From: Candidatus Nomurabacteria bacterium | GTDB taxonomy: Bacteria; Patescibacteriota; Minisyncoccia; Phycocordibacterales; UBA9973 | Length of the DNA stretch: 59,099 bases | Direction of reading: 5' to 3' | NCBI GenBank assembly: GCA_943348755.1 | Contig: CALQYS010000004.1 | Coordinates: forward strand, 1-59,099 | Notes under the pieces: model-generated | The model's input: only the letters and a program-made list of their open reading frames with translations | Told to the model about the DNA's origin: nothing | Databases searched by the model: none | Shown here: one piece after another, positions 10,488 to 18,477 of the stretch | Numbering within the stretch: position 1 is the first letter of the stretch | Layout: each line of letters opens with the position of its first letter | Made by a program: the position numbers and the translations under genes

Positions 10488-10616
10488 TTAAAAGTTGTTA
10501 GACTTAAACCAGAAAATAAAAACAGGAAATGCCTTTATAAATCAAATATAAAAAAAGTTATACACTTATCAACAGACTTAGTAGTATTAATAAATTTAAA
10601 AATAAAAAATATAAAC
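10488..10616. other. oriC: Probable oriC unwinding region (DnaA boxes, DnaA-trios, AT-rich DUE)
   Basis: TTATACACT (10558-10566), TTATCAACA (10566-10574), TAG TAG TAT TAA TAA (10579-10593), then an A/T-rich run, between dnaA and dnaN. Confidence 0.7.
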
Positions 10617-11714
10617 ATGAAACTAGAATGCAAGGTGGAAGAAATTAAAAACAAAATTTCCCAAGTAGAAAGGATAACTGGTAAAAATCTTACCTTACCG
10701 ATTTTAAACTCTGTTCTTTTGATTGCTTCTGGTAAGTCATTAAAACTTAGATCTACCAATTTAAGTTTGGGTATTGAGGTGGAAATTCCTGCTAAAATAG
10801 AAAAAGAGGGTATTGTCGCTATTTCTGGATCAGTGTTGGGTGGCGTTTTTTCTAATGTTTTTCAGAATGAAAATGTGTTTCTTGAAAGTGTGGAGGGAAA
10901 TTTGGTAATTCAAACCAAAAAAAGTAAAATAAAATTAAAAGGACAACCACACGATGACTTCCCAACAATACCAAGAGTTTCTGGTACTAGTTTTGAGATA
11001 GAATCAAAAAAAATAATAGATGGTATAAAATCAGTCTATTATAGTTCGTCACCATCTGATATTAAACCTGAGATTTCAAGTGTTTTTATGTATACTAACG
11101 ATGACAATTTAGTGTTTGTTTCTACTGATTCTTTTAGATTAGCTGAGAAAAAAATAAGAACAAAAGGACTTCCAGAAATTACTGGGATACTTATTCCATT
11201 TAAAAACATTTCAGAAATTTTAAGAGTGTTTGGAGAATCTCCTTCCAGTATAAAAGTCTGTTTTAATAAAAACCAAATCTCCTTTTCGTCAGACGACACA
11301 TATCTGACTTCACGGGTAATAGACGGCGTTTTTCCAGATTATCGACAAATAATGCCAAAAACTTTGGGTACTAGTGCTATTGTCCTAAAGCAGGATTTAC
11401 TGAACGCACTCAAGCTTTCTAATATATTCTCAGATAAATTTAATCAAGTAAATTTAAGAATTTCACCAAAAGAAAAACTTTTTGAACTTTCTTCTACCCA
11501 CAATGATATTGGAGAAAATAAAACACATGTAGATGCTGCTCTAACTGGGGAAAACATCGAACTTAGTTTTAACTACAAATATTTTTTAGACTGTTTCCAA
11601 TCCATTATCACCGACAGCATGTCTATAAAGTTCTCTGGAGCCTCTAGCCCAATCATGATATCCGCAGTTGGGGATACTTCATTTACATATCTTATTATGC
11701 CGATGAACCGATAG
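10617..11714 (+). CDS. dnaN: DNA polymerase III beta clamp
   Basis: STDSFRLAE, GVFPDYRQIMP, C-terminal LIMPM. Confidence 0.97.
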   Translation: MKLECKVEEIKNKISQVERITGKNLTLPILNSVLLIASGKSLKLRSTNLSLGIEVEIPAKIEKEGIVAISGSVLGGVFSNVFQNENVFLESVEGNLVIQTKKSKIKLKGQPHDDFPTIPRVSGTSFEIESKKIIDGIKSVYYSSSPSDIKPEISSVFMYTNDDNLVFVSTDSFRLAEKKIRTKGLPEITGILIPFKNISEILRVFGESPSSIKVCFNKNQISFSSDDTYLTSRVIDGVFPDYRQIMPKTLGTSAIVLKQDLLNALKLSNIFSDKFNQVNLRISPKEKLFELSSTHNDIGENKTHVDAALTGENIELSFNYKYFLDCFQSIITDSMSIKFSGASSPIMISAVGDTSFTYLIMPMNR

Positions 11715-11721
11715 ATAATTA

Positions 11722-14235
11722 CTACCGCACCTTAAACATGGTGTGTGTTTCACTTTTATTATAAACACTATCGTAAACCACGATTTTTAATTCATTATCT
11801 GTTTGTAGATTAACTAAAGAAGAAGGTATAAAAGAAAAGACGAAGGGAGTCTGAGAGCTTCCCACATAGTTTTCATTTATAAAGATATCCATTTTAAGTA
11901 AAGGATAAGGTCCGGAACTAGAAACCTTTAAGTTAATTTTTTGATTTGGTGAATATATTGTACCTGAGTTTGGTTCACTAATTGAAACAACTGGTTTTGA
12001 TAATTCAGTATGAATATCATCTATCAAAACCGGCTTGTCATTTGAGGTTATTATTCCGTATCTTGCACTATTTTGTGCCCACCAAGCCTGTATCGGTGTT
12101 TCCCAGTGGTCAAATTGTGAATCATTGGATGGGTTTAAGGGAATTGTCCCTGTTGGATCATTTTTGTCTACCCAATATAGGATTGAGTGCACGTTTGTCA
12201 CCACTTTTTCCACCGTTGTTTCTTTTGGGGTATTGGCAGTTGCTAATTTACCGGAAATTTTGTCAACGAAAAAGTTTTCATTGCCTTGCCAAAATCCACG
12301 AAGTGCTGGTTTTACTAATTTAGGATCAGTATCTAAATTAGGCTTCTCAAATCTTTCATCTGGTAAAGTTTTCAACGCTTCGTTTATAAATTTATTCCAA
12401 ATTGGTCCTGCCACAGCTGCTCCACCCTTTTTCATTGGTGTGTTTTCGTTATTACCAGCCCAAACTCCCACCACTAATGATGGAGTGTAGCCAATAGTCC
12501 AAGCATCTTTGTTATTGTTAGTTGTACCTGTTTTTACAGCCACGTCTTTCCCAGGTATATAGAGAACCGAATGCGTGCCGAAGGTAGGTTGTCGGGCTTT
12601 TTCATCGGATAAGATGTCTGTTATGGTTAAAGCCGTGTTTTTAGATAAAACTTCTTGAGAATTCTGGTTAAATTCTTCTAAAACCTTTCCACTAGAGTCT
12701 TCCACCTTTAGAATTCCAGTATATGGATTTCTTATACCATCATTCGCAAAAACTCCATAAGCTGAGGTCATGTCAAGCAAAGATACTTCTCCACCTCCTA
12801 TAACAAGAGTAAGCCCGTATTGATTACTATCCCCCAAGGTGCTTATACCCATGTCTTCCGCAGTTTTCAGTGAATTTGGCAATCCAGCTAAATAGAAAAG
12901 TTTTACTGCTGGAATGTTGATAGATTGTGCAAGAGCATCCCGTAATGACATTGGTCCGCGATATTTTCCATCATAGTCGTCCGGCATGTAGCAATCTTTT
13001 TGGTCGTGCCCAGGCAGGGCCTTGCCAGAAGCGTCACAGGTCGTTTGGAACTCGGTAGGCAGGTCGAAGAGCACTGTGTCGGGGGTAAAGCCCTTATTGA
13101 AGGCTGTAGCGTAAATAAATGGCTTAAAAGACGAACCCGGTTGCCTAGAAGCCGTCGCTATATTGAAATTCCCATCTATTTTTTTGTCAAAATAATCTCT
13201 TGAGCCCACCATTGTTAAAATTTGTCCTGTTTTTGGGTCTATTACTACCAAACTGGCATTCTTGCCGTCCCAGTCTTTTTCATTTTGTAACGCACCATCT
13301 TTTACAATTTGCTCTCCTTTTGTTTGCAGGTCATAATCTAGCGTAGTGGTGACTTTTAACCCTCCTCTCGTCACCATCTCACTACCATATTTTTGTTCAA
13401 GATAATCTTTAATGAAAAAAACAAAATGTGGCGCTTTAATTCCTGTGGTTGTCTGGGGAATAAAATTAACTATCTCTTCTTTTGCCTTTTTATAATCATC
13501 CTTGGAGATAAATTTGAGTTCTAGCATTCTAGAAAGTACTAAATTTTTCCTAGTCTCTAATTTGTCTTTATTTTTTCCGTATGGTGAGAGGGTGGTTGGG
13601 GATTGTGGGATCGCAGCCAAGTAAGCAGCCTCAGCCAATGTCAGATCAGCCGCATCTTTCTCAAAATAAGTTCTGCTGGCTTGTTCTATGCCATATATAT
13701 TACCCCCGTATGGATTTTCATTTAAGTAATATTCCAAGATTTTTTCTTTAGACATGGAGTTGTCTATTTTGATTGCGAGTACCCACTCCTTTATTTTTCT
13801 GGTGTAAGATTTTTCTTGTGTTAAAAGCGTGTTTTTAACTAATTGTTGAGTTATAGTTGAACCACCTTGTGTTTTACTACTACCAAAAAAATTTGAGAAG
13901 ATGGCTCGTACGATAGAAGTGAGTCTTATGCCCCCATGATTATAAAATTCCGAGTCTTCGATAGCTACTGTGGCGTTTTTTATATTTGCCCCCATTTCTT
14001 CAAAGGGTATGTAGGTTCTTTTGGTGTTTTGATGTATGTCGTAAAGCAAAACTTGCCCTGTTTTATCATAGATCTTTGTTGAGTTGGCGATTTTCCTATC
14101 TTCAAAAGAATGAAAATCCGGTATTTTGAAAGAAGAAAACCATATTAAAATCATTCCGGCAATTAGGGTAAAAATACCGGCGCATAACAAAGTCAAATTC
14201 TTCCATAGTCTCTTGTTCTTAAGAAATCCTTTCAT
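11722..14235 (-). CDS. Class A penicillin-binding protein with C-terminal Ig-like domain
   Basis: EDSEFYNHGG, QGGSTITQQLVKN, SSFK, KTGT; start reassigned to ATG 14235. Confidence 0.93.
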   Translation of the reverse strand: MKGFLKNKRLWKNLTLLCAGIFTLIAGMILIWFSSFKIPDFHSFEDRKIANSTKIYDKTGQVLLYDIHQNTKRTYIPFEEMGANIKNATVAIEDSEFYNHGGIRLTSIVRAIFSNFFGSSKTQGGSTITQQLVKNTLLTQEKSYTRKIKEWVLAIKIDNSMSKEKILEYYLNENPYGGNIYGIEQASRTYFEKDAADLTLAEAAYLAAIPQSPTTLSPYGKNKDKLETRKNLVLSRMLELKFISKDDYKKAKEEIVNFIPQTTTGIKAPHFVFFIKDYLEQKYGSEMVTRGGLKVTTTLDYDLQTKGEQIVKDGALQNEKDWDGKNASLVVIDPKTGQILTMVGSRDYFDKKIDGNFNIATASRQPGSSFKPFIYATAFNKGFTPDTVLFDLPTEFQTTCDASGKALPGHDQKDCYMPDDYDGKYRGPMSLRDALAQSINIPAVKLFYLAGLPNSLKTAEDMGISTLGDSNQYGLTLVIGGGEVSLLDMTSAYGVFANDGIRNPYTGILKVEDSSGKVLEEFNQNSQEVLSKNTALTITDILSDEKARQPTFGTHSVLYIPGKDVAVKTGTTNNNKDAWTIGYTPSLVVGVWAGNNENTPMKKGGAAVAGPIWNKFINEALKTLPDERFEKPNLDTDPKLVKPALRGFWQGNENFFVDKISGKLATANTPKETTVEKVVTNVHSILYWVDKNDPTGTIPLNPSNDSQFDHWETPIQAWWAQNSARYGIITSNDKPVLIDDIHTELSKPVVSISEPNSGTIYSPNQKINLKVSSSGPYPLLKMDIFINENYVGSSQTPFVFSFIPSSLVNLQTDNELKIVVYDSVYNKSETHTMFKVR

Positions 14236-14330
14236 TGCTCGAATTATAACAACAAACGAGAAGCACAAACAAGTTAAACTCGCTTAGTATTTTACTTATC
14301 TTGATATATAATGGCGTTCTGGTGGTGTGT

Positions 14331-14359
14331 TTGACTTTTTTTGGTCTCTAGAATATACT
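14331..14359 (+). promoter_or_regulatory. Sigma70-type promoter of the tyrS leader
   Basis: TTGACT-17 bp-TATACT. Confidence 0.7.
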
Positions 14360-14373
14360 AATTTTAATTAAGT

Positions 14374-14475
14374 ATGATTAAGAAAGACCGCAAATCCAAT
14401 CGAGAAATATCAAGTAACTCTTCTGAGTATTATTACTATAGCCACCCGGTGGATGGTTTTCTTTTTGCTAATTAA
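14374..14475 (+). CDS. Putative tyrS attenuator leader peptide (33 aa, four consecutive Tyr)
   Basis: MIKKDRKSNREISSNSSEYYYYSHPVDGFLFAN*; TAT TAT TAC TAT at 14428-14439, directly upstream of tyrS. Confidence 0.8.
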   Translation: MIKKDRKSNREISSNSSEYYYYSHPVDGFLFAN

Positions 14476-14527
14476 CTCATTGAAATAAAGCAAAACAAGA
14501 ACCATCCACTGGGTGGTTTTTGTTTTA
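14440..14527 (+). promoter_or_regulatory. Attenuator: alternative antiterminator/terminator hairpins
   Basis: Terminator AACCATCC-ACT-GGGTGGTT plus T-tract (14500-14527); 14453-14469 can pair with 14489-14505 and sequester its 5' arm. Confidence 0.75.
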
Positions 14528-14546
14528 TTAAACACTTTAAAACTTT

Positions 14547-15971
14547 ATGAAAACACAAATAATAAATAGAAAAAACGAAGACGAAGGAAAAATAGATGAA
14601 TTACTAGACCGCGGAGTCGAAAAAGTTTATCCCTCTAAAGACATTTTAAAGAAAGTGTTACTTTCTGGTAAAAAGTTACGACTCTATCAAGGTTTTGATC
14701 CAACAGGAACCAAACTACACATTGGTCACATGGTTGGTTTACGCAAACTTGCCCAATTCCAGAAACTAGGGCACCATGTTATTTTCGTTATTGGTGATGG
14801 CACGGGACAAGCTGGTGATCCTTCCGGGAAAACCAAGAGCCGGCATCATTTACAATCTTTAACTCTAAGTACCCACAGCGATGAGCCCGGTGTTTTGCGA
14901 AGAATGCTGGAATCTTTTGGAAAAGAAGGTATTAACTTGGAATCTATCAAGTCTGAAAAAGTGGGAGAAGACGTTAAATTCAAAATTAAAATTGACGAGC
15001 ATAAATATAAACCGGAATTAATTTCTAAGGTGGTACACAGCTTAGTCAGCCAAGGTTTCTTTACTAATCAACAACTTAGGCAAAATGCTGAGAGCTATAT
15101 AGAACAAGCATCCAAAATTCTCGACTTTAAGGGTAAAAACAAAGTAGAGATTTTATATAACGGTGATTGGTTGAATAAACTCACCTTAATTGATATTTTA
15201 GAAATTGCTCAGCACTTTTCCGTTCAGCAATTAATCGAAAGAGATATGTTCCAGGAACGCCTGAAAACAGGTGAATCCATAAATCTTCGTGAATTTTTAT
15301 ATCCACTTCTCCAAGGATATGATTCTGTGGCTATGGATGTCGATCTAGAACTGGGTGGAACGGACCAAACCTTTAACATGCTTGCTGGACGCACCCTCAT
15401 GAAAGGAATGAAAAATAAAGAAAAGTTTGTGATGACTACGCCTCTATTATCTGATTCTAGGGGAGTCAAAATTGGTAAAAGTGAAGGCAACTTAATTGGA
15501 TTGACTGACGCTCCAAGCGATCTCTTCGGCAAGATTATGTCCTTGGGGGATGATGCCATCATTCCTATTTTCACGCTTTTGACTGATATTCCTACCCAAG
15601 AAATAGCCAAGTTTGATCTTAAAAAAGATGCGATGAATCTTAAGAAAAGAGCTGCTTCTTTAGTAATTGAACAACTTCATGGTAAAACAGCCAGCAAGGA
15701 GGCTGAAGAAGATTTTTCCAATATTTTCCAAAATAAAAAGATTCCAGAAATAATTGAGGAATTAAGAGCCAACGAAAAAGAATTATTGAGTGAAGTTTTA
15801 ATAAAAAATAAATTTCTCTCTTCAAAGAGTGAATGGAAAAGACTAGTTTTGGGTAATGCCGTTCGGGATTTATCTGAAAATAAAACTATAACTGACGTTG
15901 ACTTCAAGATCTCAGGAGACCTAACTCTCAAAATAGGCAAGAAAAAATTTATCAAAGTTTTATCAAAGTAA
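14547..15971 (+). CDS. tyrS: Tyrosine--tRNA ligase with internal ACT-like insertion and C-terminal S4 domain
   Basis: GFDPT, HIGH, GDPSGK, YPLLQGYD, GGTDQ, KIGKS. Confidence 0.96.
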   Translation: MKTQIINRKNEDEGKIDELLDRGVEKVYPSKDILKKVLLSGKKLRLYQGFDPTGTKLHIGHMVGLRKLAQFQKLGHHVIFVIGDGTGQAGDPSGKTKSRHHLQSLTLSTHSDEPGVLRRMLESFGKEGINLESIKSEKVGEDVKFKIKIDEHKYKPELISKVVHSLVSQGFFTNQQLRQNAESYIEQASKILDFKGKNKVEILYNGDWLNKLTLIDILEIAQHFSVQQLIERDMFQERLKTGESINLREFLYPLLQGYDSVAMDVDLELGGTDQTFNMLAGRTLMKGMKNKEKFVMTTPLLSDSRGVKIGKSEGNLIGLTDAPSDLFGKIMSLGDDAIIPIFTLLTDIPTQEIAKFDLKKDAMNLKKRAASLVIEQLHGKTASKEAEEDFSNIFQNKKIPEIIEELRANEKELLSEVLIKNKFLSSKSEWKRLVLGNAVRDLSENKTITDVDFKISGDLTLKIGKKKFIKVLSK

Positions 15972-15972
15972 A

Positions 15973-16005
15973 AAACAAAACACCCCCGTCGGGGGTGTTT
16001 TGTTT
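15973..16005. terminator. Bidirectional intrinsic terminator
   Basis: Perfect 15-bp inverted repeat AAACAAAACACCCCC-GTC-GGGGGTGTTTTGTTT between convergent genes. Confidence 0.9.
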
Positions 16006-16144
16006 AATGAAACCTGTTTTCTGGATCACTATCGTCATCATCATTTGGGAAGTCCACTGGCATGTCTTCTGGCTCTAGGGGATCATCTTCATCACCCCCA
16101 ACCTTAAAACCACCCTCTACTTCTTCCTCTTCATCGTAACTCAT
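16004..16144 (-). CDS. Highly acidic 46-aa microprotein (not in the ORF track)
   Basis: MSYDEEEEVEGGFKVGGDEDDPLEPEDMPVDFPNDDDDSDPENRFH*; ends at the bidirectional terminator. Confidence 0.7.
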   Translation of the reverse strand: MSYDEEEEVEGGFKVGGDEDDPLEPEDMPVDFPNDDDDSDPENRFH

Positions 16145-16192
16145 GTAAATAAAATTATTTTTTTAAACTTTATTAAGCGACCTACTGCTTAT

Positions 16193-16254
16193 TACGACTA
16201 GCGAGGATCATGTGAACGAGTACTCTCGTTCACGATGTCCGAGTCGACGTCGTA
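16193..16254. repeat. Intergenic palindromic hairpin element
   Basis: TACGAC...GTGAACGAG-TACT-CTCGTTCAC...GTCGTA nested inverted repeat. Confidence 0.6.
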
Positions 16255-16342
16255 TCAAAAGGTTCGATACCTTTTATTGCCTCTTTTGTACCAAAATCTA
16301 AAAAGCTTCGCAATAGCCGAAAGACTTCTGGTGTGGATAAGT

Positions 16343-16822
16343 CTAAGAACGTATATGAGCAAAGGCTGTAAGTGCGATAGCTATAGCATCTAATTCATCA
16401 TCTGACTTCTTCGAGCTGTCTACATCTACCAATATTTTCACCATTTTAATCATTTGTTCTTTGTTGGCTCTTCCATAACCGGTAGTTGCTATCTTGATCT
16501 GCGGCGGGGAAGCTTCAAATACCTTGAGTCCAGCCTGCGCTGCCTCATATATAACCACACCACGTGCCTCGGCCACACGCATAACCGTTTTTTGATTCGT
16601 ATTTAAGAATAGAGTCTCAATGGAAAGGATTTCTGGCCGGTACTCTTTTATTATTCTTTGTATTTCTTCACCGATCAAGTTCAACCTTTCTGCAAAATCT
16701 AATTTTGCAGATGTTTTAAAACACTCAGAGAAAATTACACGCTCTTTCTCACCACTTTTATTCTTTTCTAGTATTGCAACCCCCAATCTTTCAAACCCGG
16801 GATCTATGCCCAATATTCTCAT
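16343..16822 (-). CDS. ruvC: Holliday junction resolvase RuvC
   Basis: MRILGIDPG, IETLF, DDELDAIAIA. Confidence 0.96.
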   Translation of the reverse strand: MRILGIDPGFERLGVAILEKNKSGEKERVIFSECFKTSAKLDFAERLNLIGEEIQRIIKEYRPEILSIETLFLNTNQKTVMRVAEARGVVIYEAAQAGLKVFEASPPQIKIATTGYGRANKEQMIKMVKILVDVDSSKKSDDELDAIAIALTAFAHIRS

Positions 16823-16901
16823 ACCGAAAGTTTACCATTTCTAAATATACTTATACACATAAACAAATTGACGTATGCGTATATAGGTTTATCATTTAAT
16901 T

Positions 16902-17071
16902 AAGCTGGCCTTGTAAGGGACAGTCCAAACATATCAAGGGGTTCATGTGCATCCAAGTGTATGTGATGCTCACAGGAGGGTGTTAACTCCTGGGGGCCCT
17001 TTTCAAGGGCCCCCAGGCTTCCCAATCAAAGTCCGTTAAGACTTTCAATGAAAGAGCACTGGCGGCTTTTT
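16902..17071 (+). ncRNA. Candidate structured non-coding RNA
   Basis: Follows TTGACG-16-TATCAT (16868-16895); several hairpins, including a perfect 13-bp stem at 16989-17017; ends GGCGGCTTTTT; family not recognised. Confidence 0.4.
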
Positions 17072-17094
17072 CTATTTGTCTTTTTTATAAAAAT

Positions 17095-18135
17095 CTAGAG
17101 CAATTTCTCTTGCTTTTCTTTAAAATCGAAGTCTAGATGATCGTAAGCTTTTTTTGTCGCCACGCGGCCGCGGGCTGTGCGTTCGAGGAGTCCGAGCTGG
17201 AGCAAGTAGGGCTCGATGACTTCTTCTACTGTAGCTTCTTCTTCAGACATTGCCGCTGCCATCGTTTTGAGCCCCACCGGTCCGCCGTTAAATTTTTCAA
17301 TAAGTATTTCTAAGAATTTTCTATCAGAGGCATTTAGGCCGATGTCATCTACTGCGAGCATGTCAAGCGCTTCTCGCACTACTTTTTTATCCAAACTTTT
17401 TTTATTATCCTTTTTATTTACTTGTGCAAAGTCGCGAGCCCTTTTTAAAAAGTAGTTTGCCGTGCGGGGAGTGAATCGGCTTCTCTTGGCTATCTCTGCT
17501 AATGCTTCAGACTCGAGGGTTATGTCTAAAAGTTTCCCTGATCTCTCGATGATTTTTGCTATTTCTTCATTTGAATAAAATTCCAGACGAAAGACTCCGC
17601 CAGAGAATCGGGAGCGAAGGGGAGAGGAAATAAGGGCGACGCGCGTAGTGGCAGCGATGAGTGTAAAAGGTGGCAGATCTAATTGAATGGTCCGAGCTGA
17701 AGGACCTTTGCCTATGATGATGTCTAAAACACCGGACTCCATGGCGGGGTAGAGTATTTCTTCCACCATTTTGTTTAGTCTATGTATTTCGTCTATGAAA
17801 AGTATGTCGCCCGCGGCCAAATTGGTCAAAATAGACGCCAAATCACCCACTTTTTCAATCGCAGGACCCGAAGTTATCTTCATCTGCCTGCCTGTCTCTT
17901 TGGCGATGAGGTGGGCGAGAGTAGTTTTGCCTAATCCAGGGGGACCATAAAAAAGGATGTGTTCCGGGATGTGCCCGCGTTCTTCCGCTGCCCTTAAGAG
18001 GATTTTAACGTTGTCTTTTATGTGTTTTTGGCCGATATACTCATCCCAGCGGGTAGGACGCAGGGTCTGGTCTAGGACTACATCTTCAGATTTTTTTACC
18101 CCGCCTTGGCGTGGGTCTTTGGTTTCTTTGGGCAT
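17095..18135 (-). CDS. ruvB: Holliday junction branch migration helicase RuvB
   Basis: LRPTRWDEYIGQ, GPPGLGKTTLA, FIDEIHRL, EPYLLQLG. Confidence 0.97.
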   Translation of the reverse strand: MPKETKDPRQGGVKKSEDVVLDQTLRPTRWDEYIGQKHIKDNVKILLRAAEERGHIPEHILFYGPPGLGKTTLAHLIAKETGRQMKITSGPAIEKVGDLASILTNLAAGDILFIDEIHRLNKMVEEILYPAMESGVLDIIIGKGPSARTIQLDLPPFTLIAATTRVALISSPLRSRFSGGVFRLEFYSNEEIAKIIERSGKLLDITLESEALAEIAKRSRFTPRTANYFLKRARDFAQVNKKDNKKSLDKKVVREALDMLAVDDIGLNASDRKFLEILIEKFNGGPVGLKTMAAAMSEEEATVEEVIEPYLLQLGLLERTARGRVATKKAYDHLDFDFKEKQEKLL

Positions 18136-18142
18136 ATTTCGC

Positions 18143-18171
18143 TTGACTTTGATTTAATAATATGCTATACT
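18143..18171 (+). promoter_or_regulatory. Sigma70-type promoter with extended -10
   Basis: TTGACT-17 bp-TATACT, with TGC immediately before the -10. Confidence 0.65.
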
Positions 18172-18276
18172 AGCGAAGTAGTGCATTTATTAACAGGCTA
18201 TGCACATAGCTATACACATTATAGCATTTGGTTTGTTTTCTTTATAGTAAAATAGTTTTAGAGGTTTTTGATCAAG

Positions 18277-18432
18277 AAGGCATTAATCTCTAAGCAATCA
18301 GCCACCGGTTATACGGATTTGCATAGGACGTTCTGGCGCTTTAATTAGTTGCTGGTGCTATCCTCTAATAATTTGTTACTCTTGGAGCCCAGCTTCAAAA
18401 GGATTGTTTAGAGATTAGTGCTTTTTTCTTTT
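18277..18432 (+). ncRNA. Candidate structured RNA or leader upstream of the lysine operon
   Basis: 23-bp closing stem (18277-18299 with 18402-18424) whose three non-Watson-Crick pairs are all G-U on the + strand, followed by a U-tract. Confidence 0.55.
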
Positions 18433-18477
18433 GTCTAAAAGTTTGACCTTGCCGGCCTCCATTGCTAGTCTGTATAT

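Noticed and set aside
14374..14527. T-box riboswitch upstream of tyrS
   Set aside because: No TGGNACC T-box motif or stem I is seen; a leader-peptide attenuator explains the region
18255..18432. Firm lysine riboswitch call
   Set aside because: Only fragments resemble the consensus and the five-way junction could not be built; kept as an unidentified structured RNA
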